IMG/VR virus record: IMGVR_UViG_3300026546_000011
Location: 1 to 35,577 of that record
DNA from: a virus
Taxonomy: Duplodnaviria > Caudoviricetes
Length of the DNA stretch: 35,577 bases
Direction: 5' to 3' (one strand)
Both the position numbers and the translations under genes were made by a program. Positions 1 to 10,401 of this stretch are shown in pieces. Below the pieces are notes generated by a model that ran no database searches, had not been told where the DNA came from, and was given only the letters and a program-made list of their open reading frames with translations. The first letter of the stretch is position 1. Every line of letters starts with the position of its first letter.

Positions 1-771
1 GCAATTTTGTAAAAAGGCTATTAAAGCATCATCCGTATTATCGGTTGATGTGCTACATTCTGTATCCCCAGAATAGTTTATTTGATTATAAAAAATAATA
101 CCACCAGAGTAATTTGTATTTCCAGAAACATTACTAAAATCAGGTAAATCTCTATCAACTTCAACAATTAAATTATCCGAGGCTAAACTACCACTAATAA
201 CATCTACAATTTTATAAAATAAAAATGGTACTGGTACATTAGCATTTACAGTATATCCAGTTGTATTTCCCGATAAAACAGGGTTAGCCCATTTTATCAT
301 TAATAAATCACCCTTTGATGGTTCATTAACATTACCTAAATATGTAATTGATTGATTAATATGTAATAAAGTCCCACCTGTTACAGTATCACTAACAATC
401 ATTATATCCGCTTGTTTTACATGAGCACCATCTGTTAAAAATTCTGTAGATGTTGGATTAAAAAAACCAATAGGGTTAACATGATTTTCTACTGTTAAAC
501 CTAAATTTGGTACTGTACCGATAGGATTTAAAGTATCGCCACTTACAATTTGTGTTATAAACGATAATATTTGGGGGTTTTTATCTGTTGCTCTTAAAAT
601 ATTAGAATTAAAAGGGTTAAATCCAGTATTATTAATAAAATTATAATCTATTTCACTATCCCCTATACCAAAATAATCAAAAGATAATTTACCTCTTGAT
701 AATAATTCCCTACCTTTTGATGTTATCATTATATTTAATACAATCGGATCTTTTTTTTCTATAAATGCCAT
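1..771 (-). CDS. Virion structural protein, 3'-truncated by the window edge (absent from the ORF track)
   Basis: ATG at 771 reads MAFIEKKDPIVLNIMITSKGRELLSRGKLSFDYFGIGDSEIDY. The same frame is open at the window edge (...DALIAFLQNC). The T-x-KGRELL...F-x-x-GDSEIDY N-terminus resembles structural proteins found next to baseplate genes in large phages. A late-type motif lies at 786-794. Confidence 0.75.
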   Translation of the reverse strand, partial: MAFIEKKDPIVLNIMITSKGRELLSRGKLSFDYFGIGDSEIDYNFINNTGFNPFNSNILRATDKNPQILSFITQIVSGDTLNPIGTVPNLGLTVENHVNPIGFFNPTSTEFLTDGAHVKQADIMIVSDTVTGGTLLHINQSITYLGNVNEPSKGDLLMIKWANPVLSGNTTGYTVNANVPVPFLFYKIVDVISGSLASDNLIVEVDRDLPDFSNVSGNTNYSGGIIFYNQINYSGDTECSTSTDNTDDALIAFLQNC

Positions 772-785
772 AAACTATATTTTAT

Positions 786-794
786 AATAAATAC
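786..794 (-). promoter_or_regulatory. Putative phage late promoter (coding strand GTATTTATT)
   Basis: Near-copy of the GTATTTATA motif found upstream of five other genes; about 15 nt upstream of the ATG at 771. Confidence 0.55.
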
Positions 795-827
795 CCTATA
801 TTTATTTTTTTATATTTTTTAATTAGA

Positions 828-2738
828 TTAAATGTTTCTTCCAGCACTACAACTGAAATAACAATTATTGGGATCTATATTATAATTTTCATGGTTTGTT
901 GCATAAGATATACTACCTTTAGCATAAGCCTCACCATCTCTAACATCATCACCAGTTACATCTTCAACAGTATTAGTTAAACCATACTCAACACAAACAT
1001 TATCATTATATTTAATATTTACCGTTAATGTTACTTCACAAATTTGACTATAATTCTCACCTAAATCTGCATCAGCACTAACAGACATTATAATATGATC
1101 ATTACAAATAATTCTCATTTGAGATATTGCTTTACCCCCTGGTACGGTACTACCTCCACTATCGCCATCACTAGGACTACCCCCACCATCATCGGGAATT
1201 ATTCTAGTGTTATTGTCTGAATCTGGTAATCTTTTAGATGCTAAAACATATAAATTGATATCAACATCATTAGAATCATTTGTATATAATATTGGTGTTG
1301 TGTTAATTATACCACACCCTTCTAAACTTGTATTATTACTTGGTGTTAATAACGATATTAAATAACTACCAGAACTATCCACAGCTGAATCGCAACTAAT
1401 ACTTCCAATTGACGGGTTAATACCTATAGTTATTGGTGACACATTATCAATATTTAAACCAATATTAATATCGCTATTTGCTGAAGTTACTTCGGATTTT
1501 AAATTATAACAAATATCATCACCATTACATATTTCAAAAGTTTTACTTTGAACAACATTTTCATCAGCAATTAAATGATAAATAGTATCACCATTTGGTT
1601 TACAATAAATATTACCTATAATATCACCAGTACCAACAATAGTTTTATTAAAATTCATAGTAACATTAACACACTCATTTATTGGAATACCCTCGGCTTT
1701 ATCATATGTTAATACCCCACTAACTGTACAACCATTATTATTATCGTTATATGTTTGATTTAAACTTAAAACAACGTCATATTGTCCCATAGCATCTATT
1801 ATACCAACACAAGTATTACCACTATTAATTTCAATATAATCACTACCAACAATATTAGATAAACAAATATATGAATGACCAGTATCACCATAGGTAGGCG
1901 CATTAAGTTGAATATCATAACACACATCATCACCAAAACCAAAAGTTAATGAATTAGTTGTTGAATTATTACAAATAGATGATATTGGATCAAATACACT
2001 ACCATTATTAGGTTTACAAAATACTTTGGCATAACCGCTTGCATTACTATAAGAATTAACACCTAATTCAAAATCAATAGTTATTTTTTCCTGATCTTCC
2101 AATGGTGGATCTACCACAATTTTACCTTTTTTATCTCCAAAAGCATTTATATAAACACCTTCCTCAAGGGAGACTGTTTTTACAACAATTGGATTAAATT
2201 GACTAAAATCAATAGTTTTATATAATTGACAATAAATACTATTATCGGTGGTATTATAATCTCTAACATATACATCATATGTTAAATTCATATCTACATT
2301 AAGAAAAATATCATTAACTTGCCAATCACTTTCAATTGGTATTACACCAACATTAACCACGGCAAATTGTAATTCACCATAACCAACCCCATAATTAATA
2401 ACTTGAACACCAGTATCATATTTTTCAACATAAAAATCGGTATCAATTAAACAATCAATACAATCTGGAGTGGTGATAATAGCATTTGTTTTTAAATCAT
2501 TTATTTCTGTAGACAATACCCCCACATATAATAAAAAATCATTAACTCTTTTTTCATAATCATTATCACTCATTAATGATAAATCTATTAAATTTATATT
2601 ATTATAATATAAATTAACCCCCTCACAAGTTAATGTAAATTCATTAGTTAAATTATATTGTGTTGTAAACCCTGAAGTATATATACCATATGGTACATAT
2701 GACATAGCATTTAAAATATATTTTCTACCAGTACCCAT
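828..2738 (-). CDS. Cys-rich, beta-rich putative structural (baseplate/fibre-associated) protein
   Basis: 636 aa, rich in N/D/S/T/C. Repeated units FCKPNNG...GDDVCYDI and YCKPNG...GDDICYNL. Directly downstream of the gp7-like gene. Confidence 0.55.
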   Translation of the reverse strand: MGTGRKYILNAMSYVPYGIYTSGFTTQYNLTNEFTLTCEGVNLYYNNINLIDLSLMSDNDYEKRVNDFLLYVGVLSTEINDLKTNAIITTPDCIDCLIDTDFYVEKYDTGVQVINYGVGYGELQFAVVNVGVIPIESDWQVNDIFLNVDMNLTYDVYVRDYNTTDNSIYCQLYKTIDFSQFNPIVVKTVSLEEGVYINAFGDKKGKIVVDPPLEDQEKITIDFELGVNSYSNASGYAKVFCKPNNGSVFDPISSICNNSTTNSLTFGFGDDVCYDIQLNAPTYGDTGHSYICLSNIVGSDYIEINSGNTCVGIIDAMGQYDVVLSLNQTYNDNNNGCTVSGVLTYDKAEGIPINECVNVTMNFNKTIVGTGDIIGNIYCKPNGDTIYHLIADENVVQSKTFEICNGDDICYNLKSEVTSANSDINIGLNIDNVSPITIGINPSIGSISCDSAVDSSGSYLISLLTPSNNTSLEGCGIINTTPILYTNDSNDVDINLYVLASKRLPDSDNNTRIIPDDGGGSPSDGDSGGSTVPGGKAISQMRIICNDHIIMSVSADADLGENYSQICEVTLTVNIKYNDNVCVEYGLTNTVEDVTGDDVRDGEAYAKGSISYATNHENYNIDPNNCYFSCSAGRNI

Positions 2739-2746
2739 ATTATTAT

Positions 2747-5700
2747 TTAATTAACACAAATAAAATCATCATCCCAACTAAAACTAGTAGTTGGTAATCT
2801 TTTCTTAAAAATAGAAGCATCATTACCAAAATAATTTAATTCATTATCGTTTAATACCACACCTCGTTTATATGTAAATTTTTGTTTAGTAAATACAGTA
2901 TTGCGTATTAACAAACCACCCTTTTTTTGTATTATTGTAGCACTTAATAATTGGTCAACAAAACGTTGAAAAAAGGCGTTATATTTTGTTAAAAATCCAT
3001 ATAAATTATGAAAAGTATAACCATTAGATTGTAAAGGATCATTATCATTTAAACAACTACGTAAAATATAACTATTATACACTCTTAATAATGTAGGATA
3101 CCACCCACCTTTAAAATCAGTAATAATTTTTCTATTAGATGCGTTAACTAATCTACGTTGAACTAAATCAATAAACTCTAAAAAAGATAATTTACTAATA
3201 TCCCCTAACCCAAAGATATCATCTATAATAGGATTAAATAAATTACCTTCAGCAACCATATAATAAGCAGTAACAACACTCCCTAAATTAACAGTAGGTG
3301 GTAATAATATTTCATATGGGTTATTTGGGTTTACTGTATAATCAGTTTCAGGTTCTAATGCAATACCATCTACCAAAATTTTTACATTTTGTGCTTCAAA
3401 AATTTTATATTTTAATTTATATATTACTTTATTAGATGTATTACTATAATATAAATTACCACCACATAATGTGTCTATTCTACTAACATCTTGTCTAGCA
3501 TTTATACTCGTTGAACCACTAACATTTATAAATGCCACTTGAGCATATATAGGATTATTAATAATATCATGGGTAGCAAGAAACGCTATTAAATCTTGAT
3601 TCTGTATTATTAATTGTTGTGGATTATTGGGGTTTATAATATAATCTGCCTGTATAATTTGATTTCCTTGTGTGGCTGAAATACCATTAATTGTTAACTG
3701 TACATCACCATTAGGTTTATCAGGTAAATCAATTATAGTGCCATTTAAATCTGGATTAATTCTTATAACTATATATTTTATAGTTATCTTCTCTAAACCA
3801 CTATTTTTTTTATATATACCCGTTACTTCTATCACATCTCTATTAACACCAGGTTGATTATTTGCTGGATATAAAATATATAATTTAGGAAAATTATTAG
3901 GATTAGGATCAATCCAATATTCATTATGTTTAGTATAATCGCCATAATCAGGCGGTGACGTTGAATTATCTGTAATACCAGATGGTGGATTATATTCAAA
4001 ATATTTAGGTGCATTTAACTCTATACCGTTATATCTCACTTCAATATCCCCCTCTGGTTTAAAAGGTAAAGTAAATTCTTGTGTACCACCAACAGGAACA
4101 TCTAAAGACAAATTAACAAATGTATATGGTACTGTATAACCTGTTGAATTTGCAGGAAAATCAATATCGTGTATATATCTATATATATCATATTCAATGC
4201 CTCTAGAGGTGTCTAAAGCAATATCAATTTCTTTAGTATTCAACACTAATTTACTATCTTCTTGATAATAAGTGGGGGTTATATCATCACGTCTATAAAC
4301 ACCACCACTTTGAACCCAAGATTTTTTATTATCTATTTGTGGTTGTAAATTAAAACCCACTAATCTAAAATTATCCATATATGCTTGACCACTATCAGTA
4401 TCACCCGATATTTGAAAATAAAAATCATTTGTTTCAAAAGGTGCAATTGGATATCCATCATTATCATATGGTAATGATATTGAGGGTAAATCAACTAAAT
4501 CAATAGGGACTGTATTTGGGTTTATTTTACCGTCTACAGTATAAACATATTCAGTAATATTTATAAAAGGTTCGGGAATACCTATTAATAAAAATATAGA
4601 TTTAATAGCCTCTCTAGTCCCTTTAGTTTTCCAAAAATAATTAGTGTTTATTAAAATTCTACGCCATAATTCAATATCAACTTCGGCAGGGGTTAAATCA
4701 TAATTCAAATTACGTTCATTATTATCTGTTGAAAAAATATTATCAACTAATTCGCGTTCATTTACTAATTGAAAAACATCCCACCCAAATACATTCGCTA
4801 AATTTTTTACTATTTGGTCTGGTAAATTATTTTTTTTATCGTAAGTTACTTTATTAATATAAACTAATGAATCTATAAATTCTTTTAATCTATCAAATTC
4901 CCAACCATATGTTTTTAACAGTTTATCCATTTTTTCTTTTTCAGTATAATCATATACCTTTAAAGATGATGGTGTTAAAAATCTAGCAATTAAATCAGTT
5001 TTTATAGTATCATATTTTTTACCGATATTTAAAAAAGATTCTAAAAAACTACTATATTGTGGTGTATTAATATCAATATTATATCCATCAGATGTATTCC
5101 ATAATAAATCTATATCATTATATTGAATATCACCATTATCCAATAATATAGGATCTTTTATTGAAAAACTAAAACCTCTTACATTATCTCTATTAGAAAG
5201 AATAAAGCGTTCAAAATTATTAAGTGAATATCTAAAATTATCATATTCACGTATATTAGGTCTTATATGATAGTTAAAATATGGTATTGTTGATCCCGTT
5301 ATAAATAAAAATGGATTACCCTTACATTTAATATAAACATTATAATCTGTTTTAGTATAACCCGTAAAACCAATTATATTATGGGTATAATCATCTTTAT
5401 TTTCATCAGTCCAAATAATAAATTTATCATATGATAAATTTAAATTTTTTAATACATCGTCATTAGGGATTGTAGAATCTATTTTATTAAAAACAACATC
5501 AAAATTATTAATTATAAAATTTTTAGATGTTTTAAATGTCGACACATCTAAAAAAGGATCATATTGAAAATCATAAATTGTTATATTACCATTTGTAGTC
5601 TGTTGAGATGAAACATATAAACTACCAGGATATTTAACAATAATATTTTCAACTGATTTTCTAATTAATTCAAAAGCAGAACCAAATTTAACAAAATTAT

Positions 5701-5971
5701 TTAAATCAGTTTTATCTAAATTTAAAACAACGTTAGTATCGAATTTAAAAGATAAATCAGATTCAACATCATTTAAATTTAAAGTTTCTAAAGTAATTGG
5801 TGTTATAAATGATGATAAATAATTATCATAATTAACATGTTGACGACCCTCCAAGTTACTTGTTATAGTAAATAAACCAAATTGGAAAATTGTTTGTGAT
5901 GCGGTATTTGTAAATGTATTACCATTTATATTTTGATCTAACTGATTATTTACAATTTTAATTTTTCCCAC
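2747..5971 (-). CDS. Baseplate wedge-like large structural protein (T4 gp7 / P2 gpI-like KGT motif)
   Basis: 1074 aa with a GTG start. LANVFGW...ELWRRILINTNYFWKTKGTREAIKSIFLLIG matches the KGT-x-x-AI wedge signature. Sits in a baseplate gene neighbourhood. Confidence 0.65.
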   Translation of the reverse strand: MGKIKIVNNQLDQNINGNTFTNTASQTIFQFGLFTITSNLEGRQHVNYDNYLSSFITPITLETLNLNDVESDLSFKFDTNVVLNLDKTDLNNFVKFGSAFELIRKSVENIIVKYPGSLYVSSQQTTNGNITIYDFQYDPFLDVSTFKTSKNFIINNFDVVFNKIDSTIPNDDVLKNLNLSYDKFIIWTDENKDDYTHNIIGFTGYTKTDYNVYIKCKGNPFLFITGSTIPYFNYHIRPNIREYDNFRYSLNNFERFILSNRDNVRGFSFSIKDPILLDNGDIQYNDIDLLWNTSDGYNIDINTPQYSSFLESFLNIGKKYDTIKTDLIARFLTPSSLKVYDYTEKEKMDKLLKTYGWEFDRLKEFIDSLVYINKVTYDKKNNLPDQIVKNLANVFGWDVFQLVNERELVDNIFSTDNNERNLNYDLTPAEVDIELWRRILINTNYFWKTKGTREAIKSIFLLIGIPEPFINITEYVYTVDGKINPNTVPIDLVDLPSISLPYDNDGYPIAPFETNDFYFQISGDTDSGQAYMDNFRLVGFNLQPQIDNKKSWVQSGGVYRRDDITPTYYQEDSKLVLNTKEIDIALDTSRGIEYDIYRYIHDIDFPANSTGYTVPYTFVNLSLDVPVGGTQEFTLPFKPEGDIEVRYNGIELNAPKYFEYNPPSGITDNSTSPPDYGDYTKHNEYWIDPNPNNFPKLYILYPANNQPGVNRDVIEVTGIYKKNSGLEKITIKYIVIRINPDLNGTIIDLPDKPNGDVQLTINGISATQGNQIIQADYIINPNNPQQLIIQNQDLIAFLATHDIINNPIYAQVAFINVSGSTSINARQDVSRIDTLCGGNLYYSNTSNKVIYKLKYKIFEAQNVKILVDGIALEPETDYTVNPNNPYEILLPPTVNLGSVVTAYYMVAEGNLFNPIIDDIFGLGDISKLSFLEFIDLVQRRLVNASNRKIITDFKGGWYPTLLRVYNSYILRSCLNDNDPLQSNGYTFHNLYGFLTKYNAFFQRFVDQLLSATIIQKKGGLLIRNTVFTKQKFTYKRGVVLNDNELNYFGNDASIFKKRLPTTSFSWDDDFICVN

Positions 5972-5984
5972 TTTTATACTTTTT

Positions 5985-5993
5985 TATAAATAC
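5985..5993 (-). promoter_or_regulatory. Putative phage late promoter GTATTTATA
   Basis: + strand TATAAATAC, about 14 nt upstream of the GTG at 5971 and immediately after a terminator hairpin. Confidence 0.65.
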
Positions 5994-5998
5994 TTTTT

Positions 5999-6031
5999 AA
6001 AAAAAAATGTCAATATAATATTGACATTTTT
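5999..6031 (-). terminator. Intrinsic terminator
   Basis: Inverted repeat AAAAATGTCAATA/TATTGACATTTTT (6003-6015/6019-6031) with a U-tract on the minus strand, just after the stop at 6053. Confidence 0.65.
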
Positions 6032-6052
6032 AATTAGGGATTATTTTTCAAT

Positions 6053-6952
6053 TTATAAATCACCAGTAATATCATCAAAATTTTGGCTACCATCAATATT
6101 TTGACGTTTTTCTTTAACTTCATATAGGGGGGTATAATCAACATCATCTTTAATTTCGTATAAATCAAATTGTTTTAATATATCCCTATCTTTATTATAA
6201 TACGTTAATATACCCTTATTAACATCTTTAATTTGTTCACCCCCAACTATATCAACAATAGTATCAATAGTATTTTCAACTAATTCCACCTCTATAACAA
6301 CGGGATTAAAATAAGTGTTAGATAAAATTATTTTTTGTCCTGGTTTTCCTATAAAAGGTGTTAAATTTGGTTTAATATCCGATGAACTACTTGGTGTTAC
6401 TTGTAAAAATAATAAAGTACCAGCATCATCAAATCTATATTTAATTGATTTTTGATTTGTATTTCCAATATTTTGTGTTACAGGCACGACTTTATTAGAA
6501 GTAACTATATATCTCACACTATTACGTAATTTAGTACCGTCATCATTTATATATTCAATACGATAACCCTGTAAAGCATTATTTGATCTTAATTTTTCAG
6601 GTAAATCATTTATATCAACAGTAATACCGTTTACATTGGGTAATGCAGACAACACATTACAATCAACGATAATTGTTTTTATTTCTTTAGGTTTTAAATA
6701 TATTGTATATATACCAATTTGATTAAATATTGTTGCTGGTAAATTAAGATTATATAAACCACTTAATAAATTTTCATTATTATTTTCCTGCTCATCTATT
6801 GGTAAATATCTATACGATAAAACATCAGTAGATTTTATCCTATATGTTTCATTATTTACTGTTTCTCTATTAGGTATATATGTATAAAAAACATCTATAT
6901 CTTCAATTTGTACGTCTGAAGGTCTTATTGACCCATAAGTTCCTACACTCAT
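6053..6952 (-). CDS. Putative virion structural protein (baseplate cluster)
   Basis: 299 aa beginning MSVGTYGSIRPSDV; tightly coupled within the baseplate operon. Confidence 0.55.
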   Translation of the reverse strand: MSVGTYGSIRPSDVQIEDIDVFYTYIPNRETVNNETYRIKSTDVLSYRYLPIDEQENNNENLLSGLYNLNLPATIFNQIGIYTIYLKPKEIKTIIVDCNVLSALPNVNGITVDINDLPEKLRSNNALQGYRIEYINDDGTKLRNSVRYIVTSNKVVPVTQNIGNTNQKSIKYRFDDAGTLLFLQVTPSSSSDIKPNLTPFIGKPGQKIILSNTYFNPVVIEVELVENTIDTIVDIVGGEQIKDVNKGILTYYNKDRDILKQFDLYEIKDDVDYTPLYEVKEKRQNIDGSQNFDDITGDL

Positions 6953-6953
6953 A

Positions 6954-7613
6954 TTAATTTAATTTATATATAATATAATAATTACCTGCAACATATGATT
7001 TTAAATCGGATAAATTATTAATATATTCCATATTATAATTTTTTTCAAATATTGATATGTTTGGTCTATTAATAAATACATTACTTGATAAATTTAAATC
7101 CCCAGATAAATTATCTTTATGTGGATCTTTATAATAAGGTTTATTTAAAAAATCCTCAGAAGGATATGTTTTTTTAAAATAAAAAAATGTGTTAGTTTTA
7201 CCTGTATTATTTTCAATATAATCTATATATGATATTCCGTCTATATAATACACTATTTTCATAGGATAAGTATTATAAACAGATTCACTAATATTAACAC
7301 CGTTATTATAAATATTATTCGATAAATAATATCTTTTTATAAAAAGTGGTTGTTGTGAATATTTTCGTAATTCTAATAATCTACTACTACATTTACCAGT
7401 TACAGTATATTCTTCAGGGGTTATAGTTGTACCCGTAACACCAGAAAAATCATAAACATCAAAAAACCCTAAATTAGTTTCTTCTTTTTCTAATAAAAAA
7501 GTTAAATTGTAAACAGCATTTAAATCGGGAATTATATTAATATACTCAACACCATCTATTTCAGTAACACCAGTTATTAATGCCTGTTTAATATTTTTTT
7601 TTATAACTTTCAT
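6954..7613 (-). CDS. Hypothetical structural protein
   Basis: 219 aa; 1-nt gaps to both neighbours in the baseplate operon. Confidence 0.5.
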   Translation of the reverse strand: MKVIKKNIKQALITGVTEIDGVEYINIIPDLNAVYNLTFLLEKEETNLGFFDVYDFSGVTGTTITPEEYTVTGKCSSRLLELRKYSQQPLFIKRYYLSNNIYNNGVNISESVYNTYPMKIVYYIDGISYIDYIENNTGKTNTFFYFKKTYPSEDFLNKPYYKDPHKDNLSGDLNLSSNVFINRPNISIFEKNYNMEYINNLSDLKSYVAGNYYIIYKLN

Positions 7614-7614
7614 T

Positions 7615-9483
7615 TTAAAAATAAACTTTTTTTCTTAAAAATACTTTAATATCTTTTTCAGGATATTTAATCTCAAACATTGAATCTGCTGTAGAATAAA
7701 TGGTATTATTAATGATTTTTATTTCACCAGTATTTTGATCTGTAATTGTTTGTGAAATAACATTCATTGAATATTCACCATTAAATTTATTATATACTTT
7801 TACATTTATAACATTAATAACACCATTAGCATCTAAAATTTTTTTCTCTAATTCACCCAAATGTAAATCATCATTCATTTGATGTTTAAAAATATTAAGA
7901 TAATCTTTTACTATTGTTATTATATTATTAGCAATAGTCATATTCGATGTATTTTCAACATATACATCAATATCAAATGCTAAATTAAAAATTTTACCAT
8001 CTTTAATTTCAACATAATCATTTATCATCCTATAATAACTCAGATATTCTGTAATATTTTCTTTTAATAATGTGTTACTATTATTAGATAATTTACCCTC
8101 ACTATCAATACTTAAAATAGGTATAACAACCTTATTATTTAATTTATAAGCGTTTGCTCTAAATGGTGAACCAAATTTCCCTGGCATTTTATATATTTGA
8201 ACTAAATAATCTGTTAAAGTTACACTCCTATTTTGACTTGAAAAATTATATTTAATTAATTCACGAACTTCATCAATAGACAGTCCGTTATTACCCCCTA
8301 TTGCTGGTATTGGATTTGATACTTTTAAACTTCGTTTAATTACATTATTATAATCCTGACGAGGACCTTTTACATTTATTGTATAATCACCCATACCAGT
8401 TAAAGTTTTAGCACCTATATTAGAACTAAAACCCCCACCTGTTCTATATTTAATAAATAATGTATACCCAGGTATTAATTGTTCCCCCAATGAATTGTTA
8501 TGTAAAAAATTATTTAAAAATTCACGAGTAGAAACACCCTCTTTTAATAAACCATCAATTAAGGGGTTAACATCTGATTTCCCTGAACCAAATGTTATTT
8601 TACAATATCCTTTAGGGGTATATTCTTTAACAAATTTTTTAGAAACGTATTTCCAATGACCCGCTTTTAAATTATTATTAATATCTGTTGTAATTAACGA
8701 AGAATTATAATTTTCAATAAAAACTTTTTGTTGTGCTAAATAATCAACTTCATAATAATGTTTAATTCCATTTGTATCATCATATATAGGACTAAATTCT
8801 TCAGGGGAAGGATTTGTAGTATAATTAGTACCTTCTTTTAAAATAACACCCTCAATTTCTAAAATATTATCATCAGGTAATATTATATTATAAAACGGAT
8901 ATACTTCAGCATCAGTAATAACTTTTTTAAATATTGTTGTAGCACCATTTATAACTATTTCACGTTTAGTAACTGAATAATTAACAATAATACCATTATT
9001 ATCAGTATTTGGAATTATTGATCTATTAGGAAAACCCATACTGCTAACAGGTAAACTCCAATCCACAACATCTTGAGTTTCAAATACCTTTCCAGCCCCA
9101 ATTACTTGAGCACCAGGGGCTAAAGATGGGTAATAATTACTATCTGGTTTATCACCTTTAACGGGAACATTTACTGTAAAATCAACCACAGTAACAGATG
9201 GTCTATTACCAGGTATATTAAACCCCATATTTTTCGCTATATTTAATATAGATGCTTTTTGTTGGGCATATTCTAATTGTGTTTCTTGAAAAGCACGATC
9301 TGTATTGATAGCCAAATTATTACCAACACCAGCATTTAAATCAATTAACATAGCACCTACACTAGAATCAGTAAAATCAGTTAAAACTTCGGGATATTGT
9401 TGTCTTATATAATTGATTAAATCACTTCTAATTTCACCAAAGGTTCTACTACCATATTTAATTATATTTACTGGATCACTCAT
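7615..9483 (-). CDS. Baseplate wedge subunit (T4 gp6 / baseplate J-like)
   Basis: N-terminal RTFGEIRSDLINYIRQQYPEVLTDFTDSSVGAMLIDL...AKNMGF, internal FGSG and YRTGGG...NIG, and C-terminal AIGG...SQNRSVTLTDY are typical of gp6-like proteins. Follows a gp25-like gene. Confidence 0.85.
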   Translation of the reverse strand: MSDPVNIIKYGSRTFGEIRSDLINYIRQQYPEVLTDFTDSSVGAMLIDLNAGVGNNLAINTDRAFQETQLEYAQQKASILNIAKNMGFNIPGNRPSVTVVDFTVNVPVKGDKPDSNYYPSLAPGAQVIGAGKVFETQDVVDWSLPVSSMGFPNRSIIPNTDNNGIIVNYSVTKREIVINGATTIFKKVITDAEVYPFYNIILPDDNILEIEGVILKEGTNYTTNPSPEEFSPIYDDTNGIKHYYEVDYLAQQKVFIENYNSSLITTDINNNLKAGHWKYVSKKFVKEYTPKGYCKITFGSGKSDVNPLIDGLLKEGVSTREFLNNFLHNNSLGEQLIPGYTLFIKYRTGGGFSSNIGAKTLTGMGDYTINVKGPRQDYNNVIKRSLKVSNPIPAIGGNNGLSIDEVRELIKYNFSSQNRSVTLTDYLVQIYKMPGKFGSPFRANAYKLNNKVVIPILSIDSEGKLSNNSNTLLKENITEYLSYYRMINDYVEIKDGKIFNLAFDIDVYVENTSNMTIANNIITIVKDYLNIFKHQMNDDLHLGELEKKILDANGVINVINVKVYNKFNGEYSMNVISQTITDQNTGEIKIINNTIYSTADSMFEIKYPEKDIKVFLRKKVYF

Positions 9484-9499
9484 TATTTACTTTTTTTAT

Positions 9500-9898
9500 T
9501 TAAAATTTTATATTTAATTCACTATTTTCAGTTAAAACATTTTCATTATAAGTAAATTTAACATTAACATTTAATTGATACTCAGAATTAACATCTGATT
9601 CTTCATCACCTAATCTATAAAAATTTACACTATTAATTGTTAATGATGGTATGTACTTTGCAACAGTATCTTTTATATCTTTTTCAATATCAACAGCAGT
9701 TAAATCATCATTAGGTTCAAAAACGAATTTTAATAAATTACAACCATATTCAGGTTCATAATATCTTTCACCTTTTTCGGTTAATAATAATAATACTAAA
9801 TCAGAACTATACATATCTTTAGTTATATAGTTCATTTTAAAATAAGTATTTAATTCTTTATCATCAATTAAAGGAAATTTAATATTAAAACTTCTCAT
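9500..9898 (-). CDS. Baseplate wedge / sheath initiator protein (T4 gp25 / GPW-like)
   Basis: LLLTEKGERYYEPEYGCNLLKFVFEP is the gp25 signature. Confidence 0.9.
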   Translation of the reverse strand: MRSFNIKFPLIDDKELNTYFKMNYITKDMYSSDLVLLLLTEKGERYYEPEYGCNLLKFVFEPNDDLTAVDIEKDIKDTVAKYIPSLTINSVNFYRLGDEESDVNSEYQLNVNVKFTYNENVLTENSELNIKF

Positions 9899-9913
9899 TT
9901 ATATACATTTTTA

Positions 9914-9922
9914 TATAAATAC
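9914..9922 (-). promoter_or_regulatory. Putative phage late promoter GTATTTATA
   Basis: + strand TATAAATAC, about 16 nt upstream of the gp25-like ATG and following a terminator. Confidence 0.65.
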
Positions 9923-9926
9923 TTAT

Positions 9927-9958
9927 AAAAAAAATTCCATCAAAACTGATGGAATTTT
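9927..9958 (-). terminator. Intrinsic terminator
   Basis: Perfect stem AAAATTCCATCA/TGATGGAATTTT (9931-9942/9947-9958), 4-nt loop, U-tract on the minus strand. Confidence 0.75.
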
Positions 9959-9983
9959 CTAATTAATTTTTAAATAACACTAA

Positions 9984-10400
9984 TTATTTATAAAGTTTTT
10001 TTAACTCATTATATTGATTTAATAATTTTTCAGAATCTGGTAAATTATTAAGATTATCTAAATAATCATCATTAAATTCATTTATTAATTTATTTAATTC
10101 TAAAGACAATTCTGTTATATAATAATGTTTTGCAAATAATTCACGTAATCTGTTTAATATAACAGTTTCATTTTCATTTTTATTTTCAAATTCTTCAAAT
10201 TTTCGATCTAATTCTACAATTTCTTCAGGTGTTAATTGTCGTTTACCTATTTTTTCAATTCTTTTTTTTACATTTTCACTATCTACTAAATTATTATCTA
10301 CCCTATAATTAATAGAATTAAATCTTTTTGCTGCATCAGAATTAAATTCTTCTTTATCTAATGCTTCTTTTAAATTTTTTAAAAAATTATTATCACTCAT
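9984..10400 (-). CDS. Hypothetical helical/coiled-coil protein
   Basis: 138-aa ORF rich in E/K/N/L; last gene of the glycosyltransferase operon. Confidence 0.6.
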   Translation of the reverse strand: MSDNNFLKNLKEALDKEEFNSDAAKRFNSINYRVDNNLVDSENVKKRIEKIGKRQLTPEEIVELDRKFEEFENKNENETVILNRLRELFAKHYYITELSLELNKLINEFNDDYLDNLNNLPDSEKLLNQYNELKKLYK

Positions 10401-10401
10401 A

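Noticed and set aside
1130-1200. Locally GC-richer patch
   Set aside because: Explained by a Gly/Ser/Asp/Pro linker (DDGGGSPSDGDSGGSTVPGG) within the 636-aa protein.
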